From Bacillus subtilis subsp. subtilis str. 168 (lineage in GTDB: Bacteria; Bacillota; Bacilli; Bacillales; Bacillaceae): a stretch of 32,000 nucleotides of DNA. The stretch spans positions 4,080,001 through 4,112,000 of the forward strand of contig NC_000964.3 in NCBI RefSeq assembly GCF_000009045.1, written 5' to 3'. Under the pieces are notes generated by a model. It saw nothing but the letters and a program-made list of their open reading frames with translations, was not told where the DNA came from and did no database searches. The position numbers and the translations under genes are program-made. This document shows, in pieces, positions 18,926 to 28,057 of this stretch; position 1 is the stretch's first letter, and each line of letters opens with the position of its first letter.

Positions 18926-21169
18926 ATGTGCGGGCTCGCGGGTATTATAAATCTGGCTGCTCCCCGTTCTCAGGAATGTACCTTTCATATATTGAAAGGC
19001 ATGGCAGATGCCATCAGCTATAGGGGACCGGATGATGAACAATATCATATTGATTCCAAAGTCGGCTTTGCATTTCGGCGATTGTCCATTCTTGACCTTG
19101 TAAATGGACAGCAGCCCTTTTTAAATGAGGATGGATCAATCGTCGTTATGGTAAATGGAGAAATTTATAACTATAAAGAACTGAAGGCTTCTTTACACAA
19201 TCATATGTTTAAAACGACATCTGATTGTGAAGTAATTGTTCATTTATATGAAGAAAAAGGGATTGGATTTGTAGACGACATCATCGGAATGTTTTCAATA
19301 GCCATTTGGGACAAAAATAAAAACAAAGTATTTTTAGTTCGTGACCGCTTTGGGATTAAACCGCTTTTTTACACAGAGCTAAAACACGAGCTTATATTTG
19401 CCTCTGAAATAAAATCCCTATTTTCTCATCCTCACTGTCCCCGCCAATTTAATTGGAAAGAAGCACTCTCAGACATTTGGCTAAGCGGGGAAGCAGCCAG
19501 TAATCATAAAGAAACCACTTCCTTTTTTGTAAACATCCAAAATCTCGATGCTGGCCATTATCTCGAAATTAATTTGACAACAAATGAACGAAAAACAGCA
19601 AGCTATTGGTCTTTACAGGATATTTTGCTCAGGCAAGGCTATCGTGAGAATCTCCATCCCGATGACCTGATTGAAGGATATAGAGAACTGCTGGCAGATT
19701 CAGTCCATAGATGTTTACAAAGCGACGTTGAAGTCGGGTTGTTTCTTAGCGGTGGCATTGATTCAGCTGCAGTCGCACATTTTGCTGCAGAAAAACAGGA
19801 TCTCCATACGTTTACAGTATTAAGCCAAAGTACATTTACAAATGAAGATGCAAAATATGCCCATTGGCTGGCTAAAGATTTACACCTTCCAAATCATCAG
19901 GTTCTCTATCAATTAGGGAACGATGAGTTATTACAACCAGAGTCATATAAACATTTGTTATGGATCTGTGAAACACCGTTTTGCGGACCGGAACAATTAT
20001 ATAAGTTTCATTTACATAAGTATGCCAAAGCGATAAGGCCAAACCTGAAAGTCATGCTGACCGGCCAGGGCAGCGACGAATTTAACGGCGGTTACAGCAC
20101 GACACTTTCACCAGCCGAGAACCCAAGTTGGGAAGGATTTATTGAATCGGTCAATACGATGGAGATGAACCGGCTGCATCGGCTGCAGGGAAATATCTTT
20201 AGAGTGTGGGAGGAGCATTTTGGACTTTCTCCTATAAACCTTTCTTATTTAAAGAGCAATGATTCCAGCCAAGCAGATCCTTGGCAATCGTATGTCCTGA
20301 CAAAATACCGTGATCTGCAAATGTATAATTGCTGGCATGAAGATCGGATCGCCGCGGCTAATCATATCGAAAACCGTGTACCGTTCTTGGACCATCGGCT
20401 TGTTGAATGGGTTTGCGGAATACCTGATGGACTCCGTAAAGACTTGTTATGGGATAAGTCGGTATTGCGAAAATCATTAACAAATGAGCTGCATACAAGC
20501 TATACCCACCGGCCAAAGGTTCCTTTTTTCTATGGTAAGGACGTGAGATATACACATAAAATGATGTTTCATCTTCTGAAGAAAAACAATTATCAGCTTA
20601 TAGAGGAGGCCTTCTCTCACAGCGATGCCTCCAGCATAATACAGGTTGAACACATTCATGCCATCATGACATATTTGGAGGATGATCCTGAGTTTACAAA
20701 TTTTGAATTTTTATTAAGACTGGTGAACATGGGACTTTTATCAAAAATGACTAAAGAAACCCCTTCTGTTCAATTAGACATAACCAGCCATTTAGAATCG
20801 ATAACAATAAAAGACTGGCACTCACAGGAAGGTGATATTGCCAGTCGTTTAAATATCTCAGCCAATAAGTGTGAAGGACAAGATATTTTGGCGCTAAACC
20901 CTGGCGTCACTCTGTTAAGGCCGGAAAGCGATAGTGAGCATTGCATCTACATTGCGGAAGAAGGATTTATTCAGTTTATTGTTTCGGAGGAAGACGTCGG
21001 AGCTTGGCTGCATATTCTCTGCGATATTAATGGAAAAGACACACTTCATACGATTTTAGACAGACATGGTGTCAGCCTTGAAGAAGTGGCCAAATATATT
21101 CAAGAAGCCATCGAACACAATATCATTTTGATCAAACAAAAAAATCTGCCAGAAGGAGCATATAGATGA
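18926..21169 (+). CDS. asnH: asparagine-synthetase-like (glutamine amidotransferase plus ATP-pyrophosphatase) enzyme with C-terminal extension
   Basis: Start moved from the ORF-track TTG to ATG 18926, giving MCGLAGIINL with Cys2 nucleophile (747 aa, RBS GGGAGGG). SYRGPDDE, DRFGIKPLFY and PP-loop LFLSGGIDSAAVAHFA present; about 120 extra C-terminal residues. Confidence 0.95.
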   Translation: MCGLAGIINLAAPRSQECTFHILKGMADAISYRGPDDEQYHIDSKVGFAFRRLSILDLVNGQQPFLNEDGSIVVMVNGEIYNYKELKASLHNHMFKTTSDCEVIVHLYEEKGIGFVDDIIGMFSIAIWDKNKNKVFLVRDRFGIKPLFYTELKHELIFASEIKSLFSHPHCPRQFNWKEALSDIWLSGEAASNHKETTSFFVNIQNLDAGHYLEINLTTNERKTASYWSLQDILLRQGYRENLHPDDLIEGYRELLADSVHRCLQSDVEVGLFLSGGIDSAAVAHFAAEKQDLHTFTVLSQSTFTNEDAKYAHWLAKDLHLPNHQVLYQLGNDELLQPESYKHLLWICETPFCGPEQLYKFHLHKYAKAIRPNLKVMLTGQGSDEFNGGYSTTLSPAENPSWEGFIESVNTMEMNRLHRLQGNIFRVWEEHFGLSPINLSYLKSNDSSQADPWQSYVLTKYRDLQMYNCWHEDRIAAANHIENRVPFLDHRLVEWVCGIPDGLRKDLLWDKSVLRKSLTNELHTSYTHRPKVPFFYGKDVRYTHKMMFHLLKKNNYQLIEEAFSHSDASSIIQVEHIHAIMTYLEDDPEFTNFEFLLRLVNMGLLSKMTKETPSVQLDITSHLESITIKDWHSQEGDIASRLNISANKCEGQDILALNPGVTLLRPESDSEHCIYIAEEGFIQFIVSEEDVGAWLHILCDINGKDTLHTILDRHGVSLEEVAKYIQEAIEHNIILIKQKNLPEGAYR

Positions 21170-22365
21170 GCATCTTTTATTCGTTTTCCGCACTTAGGGG
21201 ATTAGCAATGGGGATTTTTTCGCCTATTTGGATTCTTTATCTGATATCTAAAGATTATGATTTCCTTCAGATTGGATTAATGGGAGCGGTACTTGAAATT
21301 GCTAAGCTTATATTTGAAGTTCCTTCCGGCGTTTTTGCTGATCGTTATGGAATTAAAATTTCAATTGCCAGTTCATTCTTTTTCTCCATCCTTACATGGG
21401 CCTTCTTCCCTTTTATCGATTCAGCTGCTATTTGCATACTGGCTATGATCATATGGGCTTTATCAGATTCCTTAATTTCCGGTTCTTTTGAAACTTGGAT
21501 GAGCCGTGTCGCAGGGGAAGATCGATTCGGCAAAGAAATGATGAAAAACACACAATTGCTAATCACTTTTTTAATTATTGGAAGTATTGCCAGCGGGTAT
21601 TTGTATTCATTAAATATCTATTTTCCTTTCCTGCTCGTTATGGTGATCTACTTATTACTATTTATTTGGATGTCTGTATTTATTAAAGTCCCTTCTGTTT
21701 CCGAAACAAATCATGGGGATCAGAACCAACATGATTCGATAAAGATTATCAAAGAAAGTTTAAAAATTATCTTTAACAAAAAAAGGGTTCTTTTAATCGT
21801 CATAGCCGGTTTCTTTACAGCCACAGCCTATGACACAATTTCCCGTTACTGGCAGCCTTTTTTGAGTGATTTAGGCTTTTCAGAAAAGTCACTGGGATAT
21901 ATTTTTGCCCTAGGAGGGTTTACCGCTCTCGTTCTTTTGACATTAACCATCAGGTTCGAAAAGAAGATCGAAAAAAATCCATATCTCGCTTTAACCTCAT
22001 TGGATTCCATGGGCATGGTCATGACTTTTCTATTGTCTAGAGCATTCAGGCCGCTGGGCATTCCATGTACAGCGTTTTTGCTTGCAATTGAAGATATTCA
22101 TCATCCGATCGTAACAAGTTACTTAAATAAGTTTTTCCCCGATTCATACAAGAACACACTTTTCTCGTTAAACTCAGGGGTAGGAGCAATTGGAGAAATT
22201 CTTTCCGGTGTCATTTTCGGCATCATTTCCGCAGCCTTTGGGCTCTCTGCCATGTTTGTTGTTGTAGCTGTATTTCTATTAATCCCTATTATCCTTTATA
22301 CGATAGTGCCTAAGATTAAAGACAATGATATGAAAGTTCAGATTGAAAAATCCCAGCAAGTGTAA
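21166..22365 (+). CDS. yxaM: MFS transporter, probable exporter
   Basis: 399 aa, ATGA overlap with the asnH stop, multiple TM helices, MFS motif GVFADRYGIK. Confidence 0.9.
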   Translation: MSIFYSFSALRGLAMGIFSPIWILYLISKDYDFLQIGLMGAVLEIAKLIFEVPSGVFADRYGIKISIASSFFFSILTWAFFPFIDSAAICILAMIIWALSDSLISGSFETWMSRVAGEDRFGKEMMKNTQLLITFLIIGSIASGYLYSLNIYFPFLLVMVIYLLLFIWMSVFIKVPSVSETNHGDQNQHDSIKIIKESLKIIFNKKRVLLIVIAGFFTATAYDTISRYWQPFLSDLGFSEKSLGYIFALGGFTALVLLTLTIRFEKKIEKNPYLALTSLDSMGMVMTFLLSRAFRPLGIPCTAFLLAIEDIHHPIVTSYLNKFFPDSYKNTLFSLNSGVGAIGEILSGVIFGIISAAFGLSAMFVVVAVFLLIPIILYTIVPKIKDNDMKVQIEKSQQV

Positions 22366-22383
22366 ATGTTTTGTATCACAGTA

Positions 22384-22413
22384 AGAAGACCTTCTTATTA
22401 AAAGAAGGTCTTC
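22384..22413. terminator. terminator between yxaM and yxaL
   Basis: AGAAGACCTTCTT-atta-AAAGAAGGTCTTCT. Confidence 0.75.
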
Positions 22414-22428
22414 TGCTATTCTATTCAG

Positions 22429-23661
22429 TTATTTCCCAAAAGCCATCAGCTTCGTATAACTTCCAATATAAAGTGTTCCGTCCTCAGCGAGCTGAGGAGA
22501 AGACACGACGTTGCTGTCGGTTTGATAGCTCCATAATTCATTGCCGTTTGCGTCTGCCGCATAAACCTTCATATCATCTGACCCGAAATAAACCGTTCCC
22601 TTCGCGTCAATCAGCGGCGCCGTTCTGACAGGGCCGTCTGTGTAGAATGACCAGTTCATATCCCCGTTTTTGCTGATGGAAAACAGCTCGCCGCTTCCTG
22701 AGCCGATGTAGATATTGCCATTATGATCAATCGCAGGAGATGAGCTGGAGAACCCGTTTAGCGGGAATGTCCATTTCAAACTGCCTGTTGATGTATAAGC
22801 ATACAGCTGTCCATCTTGGTTGCCGGCATAAATGTTTCCGTCCTTATCAATCACCGGATATCCTTTAAACGCATTTGACGTCGTTCTGGACCATTTCACC
22901 TGTCCGGTTCCGGAGTTGATCGCATAAAACACGTAATTATATGTGCCGACATACACGGTGCCGTTTTTGGCAAGCACCGGCACAGAGCTGACGACCCCAT
23001 TTGTTTTCAACTTCCAGCGCTCTGTCCAGGTTGATTTTGACGTCGGTTTGATCGCGTGAACATAATTATCAAGTGTTGAGAAATACAACGTCCCGTCTGA
23101 ACCGATCACCGTTTCAGAGCTTGGCCCGCCGCTTAACGGAACCGTTGTTAAAATTTCTCCCGTTTCTTTGTCAATAAAATAAATCTTTTTGTCATAGGAT
23201 GCCAAATAGATAACGCCGTTGGTCCCAAGTACAGGAGATTGCGTATATGTTTTTCCAAGATTGCCCGTCACCCATTTGACTGAGCCGTCTGGATTAAAGG
23301 CTTTCATTTCCCCGTCTCTGGAATGAAGATATACTGTGCCGTCTCCGTCAATCACAGCCCCCGCTCCATTTTGCGGAGTCGTTCTGATGTCGTTTTGCCA
23401 TTTCAGCGTCCCGTCTGTATTTCCGGCGAACCGGCTTTCGCGTGACCAGTTAAACATGGCAGGCGCCATCGCTTGTACATCATATCTTCCTGGCAAAAAG
23501 CCAGATGCTCCATTATTTTGAGAAAACACCGTTTCCGCCGCATAAGCAGCTGTCGGCTGAAGCACTTTGGCAGCGGGCACATCAGAAACAGCGCCGGCCG
23601 AAACAGCCGCCGCCACCGCAGCTCCCGCAATCAAAGCTTTCATACGAAATGACTTGACCAT
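22429..23661 (-). CDS. yxaL: secreted PQQ-like beta-propeller repeat protein
   Basis: 410 aa. Signal peptide ending QPTAAYA-AET, and repeated blades of the type G.VYVGS.D...YAI....G...W. Confidence 0.9.
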   Translation of the reverse strand: MVKSFRMKALIAGAAVAAAVSAGAVSDVPAAKVLQPTAAYAAETVFSQNNGASGFLPGRYDVQAMAPAMFNWSRESRFAGNTDGTLKWQNDIRTTPQNGAGAVIDGDGTVYLHSRDGEMKAFNPDGSVKWVTGNLGKTYTQSPVLGTNGVIYLASYDKKIYFIDKETGEILTTVPLSGGPSSETVIGSDGTLYFSTLDNYVHAIKPTSKSTWTERWKLKTNGVVSSVPVLAKNGTVYVGTYNYVFYAINSGTGQVKWSRTTSNAFKGYPVIDKDGNIYAGNQDGQLYAYTSTGSLKWTFPLNGFSSSSPAIDHNGNIYIGSGSGELFSISKNGDMNWSFYTDGPVRTAPLIDAKGTVYFGSDDMKVYAADANGNELWSYQTDSNVVSSPQLAEDGTLYIGSYTKLMAFGK

Positions 23662-23761
23662 CATTGAGACCCCCATTATATGTAACTTCTAATTTGTGAC
23701 CATCATAACATATTCATCCATTTTATAAATCTATTTCACAAAAACATCACAAACTAGAAAA

Positions 23762-24190
23762 CTATGTAAGAGTATTCACGGACGTTTTTTCAGCACCCGA
23801 TCGAAATGCAGCCACAAACCAAATGACGTTGACAGCAGCCGCAGCGAGACTAACTCCCAAAACAAAGATCACCTCAGAAAGCAGATGGTCACTAAAGAAA
23901 CTAAACATCAAGATAAAACCGGCCGAAGACAAATGAATCAAAAGCCCGAAGCCGCAAAGCACCGCCATGACATACCTCATTGCATCGACTCCGAGCATAT
24001 AAACGAGAAATGGAATGAAATACAAGACAAGGATCATACCGACAGCTGACCACATGCCAGCTGAATTAAACTGATTGGCCGCCGCTCCCGTTCCGGCCAG
24101 CGGCGAAAGTGAAGCCGCCACAATCACGGCGCAAAAAAGAAACGCAGAAATGGTTGTCATGATCGCCACGCTATTTTTTTTTGACATCAA
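23762..24190 (-). CDS. yxaJ: four-TM membrane protein of unknown function
   Basis: 142-aa hydrophobic ORF MMSKKNSVAIMTTISAFLFCAVIVAASL... with AAAGGAGGAG RBS. Confidence 0.75.
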   Translation of the reverse strand: MMSKKNSVAIMTTISAFLFCAVIVAASLSPLAGTGAAANQFNSAGMWSAVGMILVLYFIPFLVYMLGVDAMRYVMAVLCGFGLLIHLSSAGFILMFSFFSDHLLSEVIFVLGVSLAAAAVNVIWFVAAFRSGAEKTSVNTLT

Positions 24191-24443
24191 ACTCCTCCTT
24201 TAATAGAAATATTAACCTTTTTTATTATAAGTAAGTTGAATGTTATATTCATTATATTTTTAAAAAATTCCAGAATACATACACAAATGCTATGCTTCTT
24301 TCTAGTATATTTATATAGTAAAAAACAAAGGATAAAAGACTCATTTTTCTGTAATATCAGGATTTTATCACCATACCATATTGCATGTACATGTTTTTCA
24401 AAGTATACTATTCCAGATTAATTCAGAGGAGAGAGAAAAATAC

Positions 24444-24899
24444 ATGGAAAAACCAGCAGGATTTTGGATTCGTTTTTTAGCTTATTTTATTGACGGCATT
24501 ATTGTATCTGTTCCTAGTTATATTATTCTATTTATTATCAATTCTGTGTTTGTAGCTGGGGCTGTGGCAACAAACCCTTACATGACGGAAGAAGAGTATT
24601 TAGTGAAATACATGACGCTTGCATTTTTGCCTACTATGCTGATCATGATCGTCATCAGCGTGTTATATTACGGGCTGCTCACAGCTTCTAAAATGCAAGG
24701 CACACTTGGCAAAAAAATTCTTGGCCTGAAAGTGGTCAATGAACAAGGTGAACGGGTTTCTGTCGGACAGGGAATTGGCCGTTACTTTGCCTATATCTTA
24801 TCTGGAATCATCTTTTATATCGGGTTTATCATGATCGCCTTTGGAGAGAAAAAAGGCCTGCATGACATCATTTGCAAAACACGTGTCGTGTATAAATAA
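24444..24899 (+). CDS. yxaI: RDD-family membrane protein
   Basis: 151 aa from ATG 24444 (RBS AGAGGAGAG). MEKPAGFWIRFLAYFIDGIIVSV, and QGTLGKKILGLKVVNEQGERVSVGQGIGRY typical of RDD proteins. Confidence 0.88.
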   Translation: MEKPAGFWIRFLAYFIDGIIVSVPSYIILFIINSVFVAGAVATNPYMTEEEYLVKYMTLAFLPTMLIMIVISVLYYGLLTASKMQGTLGKKILGLKVVNEQGERVSVGQGIGRYFAYILSGIIFYIGFIMIAFGEKKGLHDIICKTRVVYK

Positions 24900-24902
24900 T
24901 AG

Positions 24903-24938
24903 AAAAAAGTCTAGACGCCAATAGGCATCTAGACTTTT
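24903..24938. terminator. bidirectional terminator between yxaI and yxaH
   Basis: AAAAAGTCTAGACGCC-aata-GGCATCTAGACTTTT. Confidence 0.85.
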
Positions 24939-26137
24939 GTTTTCTTTGCAATAGGCTGCCACGACAGATACGTAGCGCTTCTCCACAACCACTCAAACGG
25001 CCCCATCCGAAAGACACGAAGCCAAAGGTGGCTGAAGACCATTTGAACGGCACAAACAGCAATTGTAATGAGCACACCGGCAGCAGGGTACACTTTTCCA
25101 TACAGGCCCAAGCCGTAATGATAAAAAATCCAAGTACACACAATAGACTGCATCAAATAATTGGTAAATGCCATCCTCCCAACAGCGGAGAATGATTGCA
25201 GCACTGTTCTCACTCTTGTTTTATGATAAAGATAGACAACCGTTGTAACATAGAAAAACATGAGGAAAGGCGCGCCAATCAGCAAACATATTTCTTTATC
25301 CGTTACACTGTACAGCACCTGGGCGCCGATGCCGATGACAAGCCCAGCCATCCATAATCGTTTTAATCCTTTGCGATGCTTTTCCGGTTCATGCAAATAC
25401 CGTGATTTTGCTGCCGCAGCTCCCAGCAAAAACATGCTGAAATATGGAATGGATGCAAAGAAGTAGTTGAGCGGATTATACGTAAGCATGCCATTCGAAG
25501 ACATGTAAACAAGACGGTCGTGGATCCGCTGTTCTGCAATATCCTTCAGGCTGCCGCTTCCATAAACATGAATCGCTTGTTTTGCCTGCTGTGTTACCGC
25601 TTGTACCCATTCCTGTCCGTTTGATTGATCAAAACTTGTCAACATGAACGGAATGGAAAACAGAAGATACAAAGAGACCGCCCATATCAGCAGTGTTTTC
25701 GGCTTTGCTTTTCGAAACAAGAGCAGGACAAATCCGAGCAGGGCATATTCTGTTAAAATATCCCCGTCCCATATCAAAAAGGCATGAATCGTTCCAAACA
25801 AGAGAAGCGCCATTAACCTTCTCACATATAACGGAACAAACCGTTTCCCTTTGTTTTCTGCTCTCTCCATCATGACAACCATGCCAAATCCAAATAAAAA
25901 GGAAAACAATAAAATACATTTTGTTTGAATGAAGAATTTCAGTATGTCTGCGGCGGCAAAATCAGCTTCAGACCACTTATCCATGAAAAAATTCTCTTTT
26001 CCAAGCATAGACAAATACATATCCGGATAACTGAAATGTGCCAGATTGACAAATAAGATGCCGAAAATCGCCATTCCTCTCAGCACATCAAGCACACCGA
26101 TCCGCTCATTTGTTAAAGTCGGCTGTAATGAAGACAT
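24929..26137 (-). CDS. yxaH: DUF418-family polytopic membrane protein
   Basis: About 402-405 aa, MSSLQPTLTNERIGVLDVLRGMAIFGILFVNL..., C-terminal GPFEWLWRSATY typical of DUF418. The start may be at 26137, 26143 or 26146. Confidence 0.85.
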   Translation of the reverse strand: MSSLQPTLTNERIGVLDVLRGMAIFGILFVNLAHFSYPDMYLSMLGKENFFMDKWSEADFAAADILKFFIQTKCILLFSFLFGFGMVVMMERAENKGKRFVPLYVRRLMALLLFGTIHAFLIWDGDILTEYALLGFVLLLFRKAKPKTLLIWAVSLYLLFSIPFMLTSFDQSNGQEWVQAVTQQAKQAIHVYGSGSLKDIAEQRIHDRLVYMSSNGMLTYNPLNYFFASIPYFSMFLLGAAAAKSRYLHEPEKHRKGLKRLWMAGLVIGIGAQVLYSVTDKEICLLIGAPFLMFFYVTTVVYLYHKTRVRTVLQSFSAVGRMAFTNYLMQSIVCTWIFYHYGLGLYGKVYPAAGVLITIAVCAVQMVFSHLWLRVFRMGPFEWLWRSATYLSWQPIAKKTKV

Positions 26138-26244
26138 AGCCATCACGCTCCTTTTTTCTGTACCTTAAGGGTAGGAAAAAATGAAGCGCGGTAACATCGA
26201 TTTAGGTGTCAGGCCGGCATGAAAACCTTACAATCTTGTCATCT

Positions 26245-27258
26245 TTATGGTTTCATCACCTTTAAATCTAATGCTTCGATATTCTGCAAAATGCGATCAA
26301 AGCGCAAAGCCTGAGGCTCACATGGGAAGATGTGGCCTTCATACGGGTCGCCTAACGTCCGGAAAAACGGTTCAAATAAACCAGGAACCAATACGCCCAC
26401 CATCTTTGTATAGTGAGAATCAAGGCGATAGGAGTGAACGGTATTTGCAGGGACATGCAGGAAATCTCCCGGATTCAGCTGAATTTCCTGGCCATCTGTC
26501 CACATCGTCATCTGGCCTTCAAGGCAATAAAATGTTTCTGTATGATATTCATGGTAGTGATCAACGATTCGGTCACCTTTAGGGCCTTCAGATGATACGA
26601 CGATAAACTGGCCATCTGTATTTTTTTGTGCAGCCACAATGCGGTGAAGCTGATCTCCAGTCAACAGACGATCTCCTTCTCCAGATTCAAGAACGTATGG
26701 AACCGCTCCATCTGGCAGCTCTGTAAGTTCCGCTAATTTGGCCGAACATGCAGGCTTTGCTTCATCTAGAAATACAATGTCCGCTACAGCGGCTGCTTCT
26801 GCAAATCGCTCGTTTGAGACTTCTTCGCTTGCGTACGGCGGATGTTCAGCGTGATCATACGGATTCCCAATAACGGAATACAAGTGCGCTACGTTTCCTT
26901 TCATCGTGTAAGACACCAGTCTTGTTCTGTGGCTCTGCATCCGGTAGCTGTGCGGTGTTCCCGCCGGAATGTTGGCATAATCACCTGATATTAATAAATA
27001 GCGTTCACCATCAAGTGTCAGTTCCAGTTTCCCGTCCAAAACGAGAATTCCTTCATGTGTGTCCTTGTGGACGTGAAGCGGAAAGGCATCTCCTTTTCCC
27101 CCGGAAAGAAGCACGATCTCAAACAAATCACCTGTGCTCCTCCCATTCGCCATCACCGTGGCAACCTGTCTGCCGAACAGATAGCGCTCGCCTTCTCCGC
27201 TCCGGAGCAAATAAGGCATTTTTTCTTTAGGCAATGAATGTGTACATAATGTTTTCAT
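26245..27258 (-). CDS. qdoI: quercetin 2,3-dioxygenase (bicupin)
   Basis: 337 aa with two cupin domains: FPLHVHKDTHEGILVLDGKLEL and VDHYHEYHTETFYCLEGQMTMWTDG. Confidence 0.93.
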   Translation of the reverse strand: MKTLCTHSLPKEKMPYLLRSGEGERYLFGRQVATVMANGRSTGDLFEIVLLSGGKGDAFPLHVHKDTHEGILVLDGKLELTLDGERYLLISGDYANIPAGTPHSYRMQSHRTRLVSYTMKGNVAHLYSVIGNPYDHAEHPPYASEEVSNERFAEAAAVADIVFLDEAKPACSAKLAELTELPDGAVPYVLESGEGDRLLTGDQLHRIVAAQKNTDGQFIVVSSEGPKGDRIVDHYHEYHTETFYCLEGQMTMWTDGQEIQLNPGDFLHVPANTVHSYRLDSHYTKMVGVLVPGLFEPFFRTLGDPYEGHIFPCEPQALRFDRILQNIEALDLKVMKP

Positions 27259-27277
27259 ATTATCGCTTCCTCCAATT

Positions 27278-27295
27278 TAGACCAGTCTATATATT
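27278..27295. promoter_or_regulatory. putative LmrA/QdoR box 1
   Basis: TAGACCAGTCTATATATT (reverse AATATATAGACTGGTCTA) matches the known LmrA/QdoR box consensus AWTATAtagaNyGgTCTA. Confidence 0.8.
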
Positions 27296-27309
27296 ATCAT
27301 TCATTTGTC

Positions 27310-27328
27310 TAGACCGTTCTATATAATT
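27310..27328. promoter_or_regulatory. putative LmrA/QdoR box 2
   Basis: TAGACCGTTCTATATAATT, a second copy 32 bp from box 1. Confidence 0.8.
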
Positions 27329-27351
27329 GTAGGAGAAAGGATAACAAAATG

Positions 27352-27927
27352 CTACCCTTTTTTTCTCACCAGCACTGGTATTTGTTCGGCAATGAGAAGA
27401 AGAGGCGTTTTGTCTTTATTCGTTAACGAAAGCATGATGCCGCCCTCAATCATCGAATTAATCAGCGTTCCAAGCTGATTTGCTTCTTCTTCTGCAAATC
27501 CGTTTTCCATTAATTTTCTGGCAAAAACCGCTTCCCAGCTTTTAAACACCTTCATGCAAACCGTCCGCAGCGGTTCACTGATTAACGCTGTCTCACTCGC
27601 CAGCAAACCGACTGGAATACCTTTAATGCTTTCTGTGTTGTCAAATTGGCTGGCTGTTTTTTTGATAAAAAGCTGAATCGCTTCAACAGGATCAGAGGAT
27701 TCATCCATGCTTTGCTGTATCAGATGTTCAACGATCTTACCTGTATATGTAACCGCTTCAATTGCTAGTTCTTCTTTGCCATTCGGAAAAAAGTGATAAA
27801 GCGATCCTTTTGGAGCACCGCTTTCTTTTACAATCTGGTTCAAACCTGTCGCGTGATATCCTTGCAGCTGGAACAGACGTGACGCCGTGTGAAGGATTTT
27901 TTCACGTGAATCTCCTCTGCTAGTCAT
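27352..27927 (-). CDS. yxaF: TetR-family repressor of flavonoid-responsive genes (QdoR)
   Basis: 191 aa, MTSRGDSREKILHTASRLFQLQGYHATGLNQIVKESGAPKGSLYHFFPNGKEELAIEAV, upstream of qdoI with QdoR-type boxes. Confidence 0.9.
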   Translation of the reverse strand: MTSRGDSREKILHTASRLFQLQGYHATGLNQIVKESGAPKGSLYHFFPNGKEELAIEAVTYTGKIVEHLIQQSMDESSDPVEAIQLFIKKTASQFDNTESIKGIPVGLLASETALISEPLRTVCMKVFKSWEAVFARKLMENGFAEEEANQLGTLINSMIEGGIMLSLTNKDKTPLLLIAEQIPVLVRKKG

Positions 27928-28057
27928 TAAAACATTCCCTCCTAGGTATGGTAGAGCGACTTATATAATATAAAAAAGAACCCTGTGATTGTCAAAAGGG
28001 GTAAGACCCTTCCGGATGGGGTAATGTACAAAAACAGCGTCTAGGAGGGATCTCTCA

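Noticed and set aside
15915-22365. Canonical lasso peptide cluster
   Set aside because: There is no acidic acceptor 7-9 residues into any plausible core, no B2 protease, and AsnH keeps its glutaminase Cys. Only the YxxPxL/PqqD/Asn-synthetase logic is shared.
27985-28030. GGGGTAA sequences upstream of yxnA considered as SigB -10 elements
   Set aside because: No convincing GTTTAA-like -35 at 12-14 nt upstream could be found, so it is not called as a feature.
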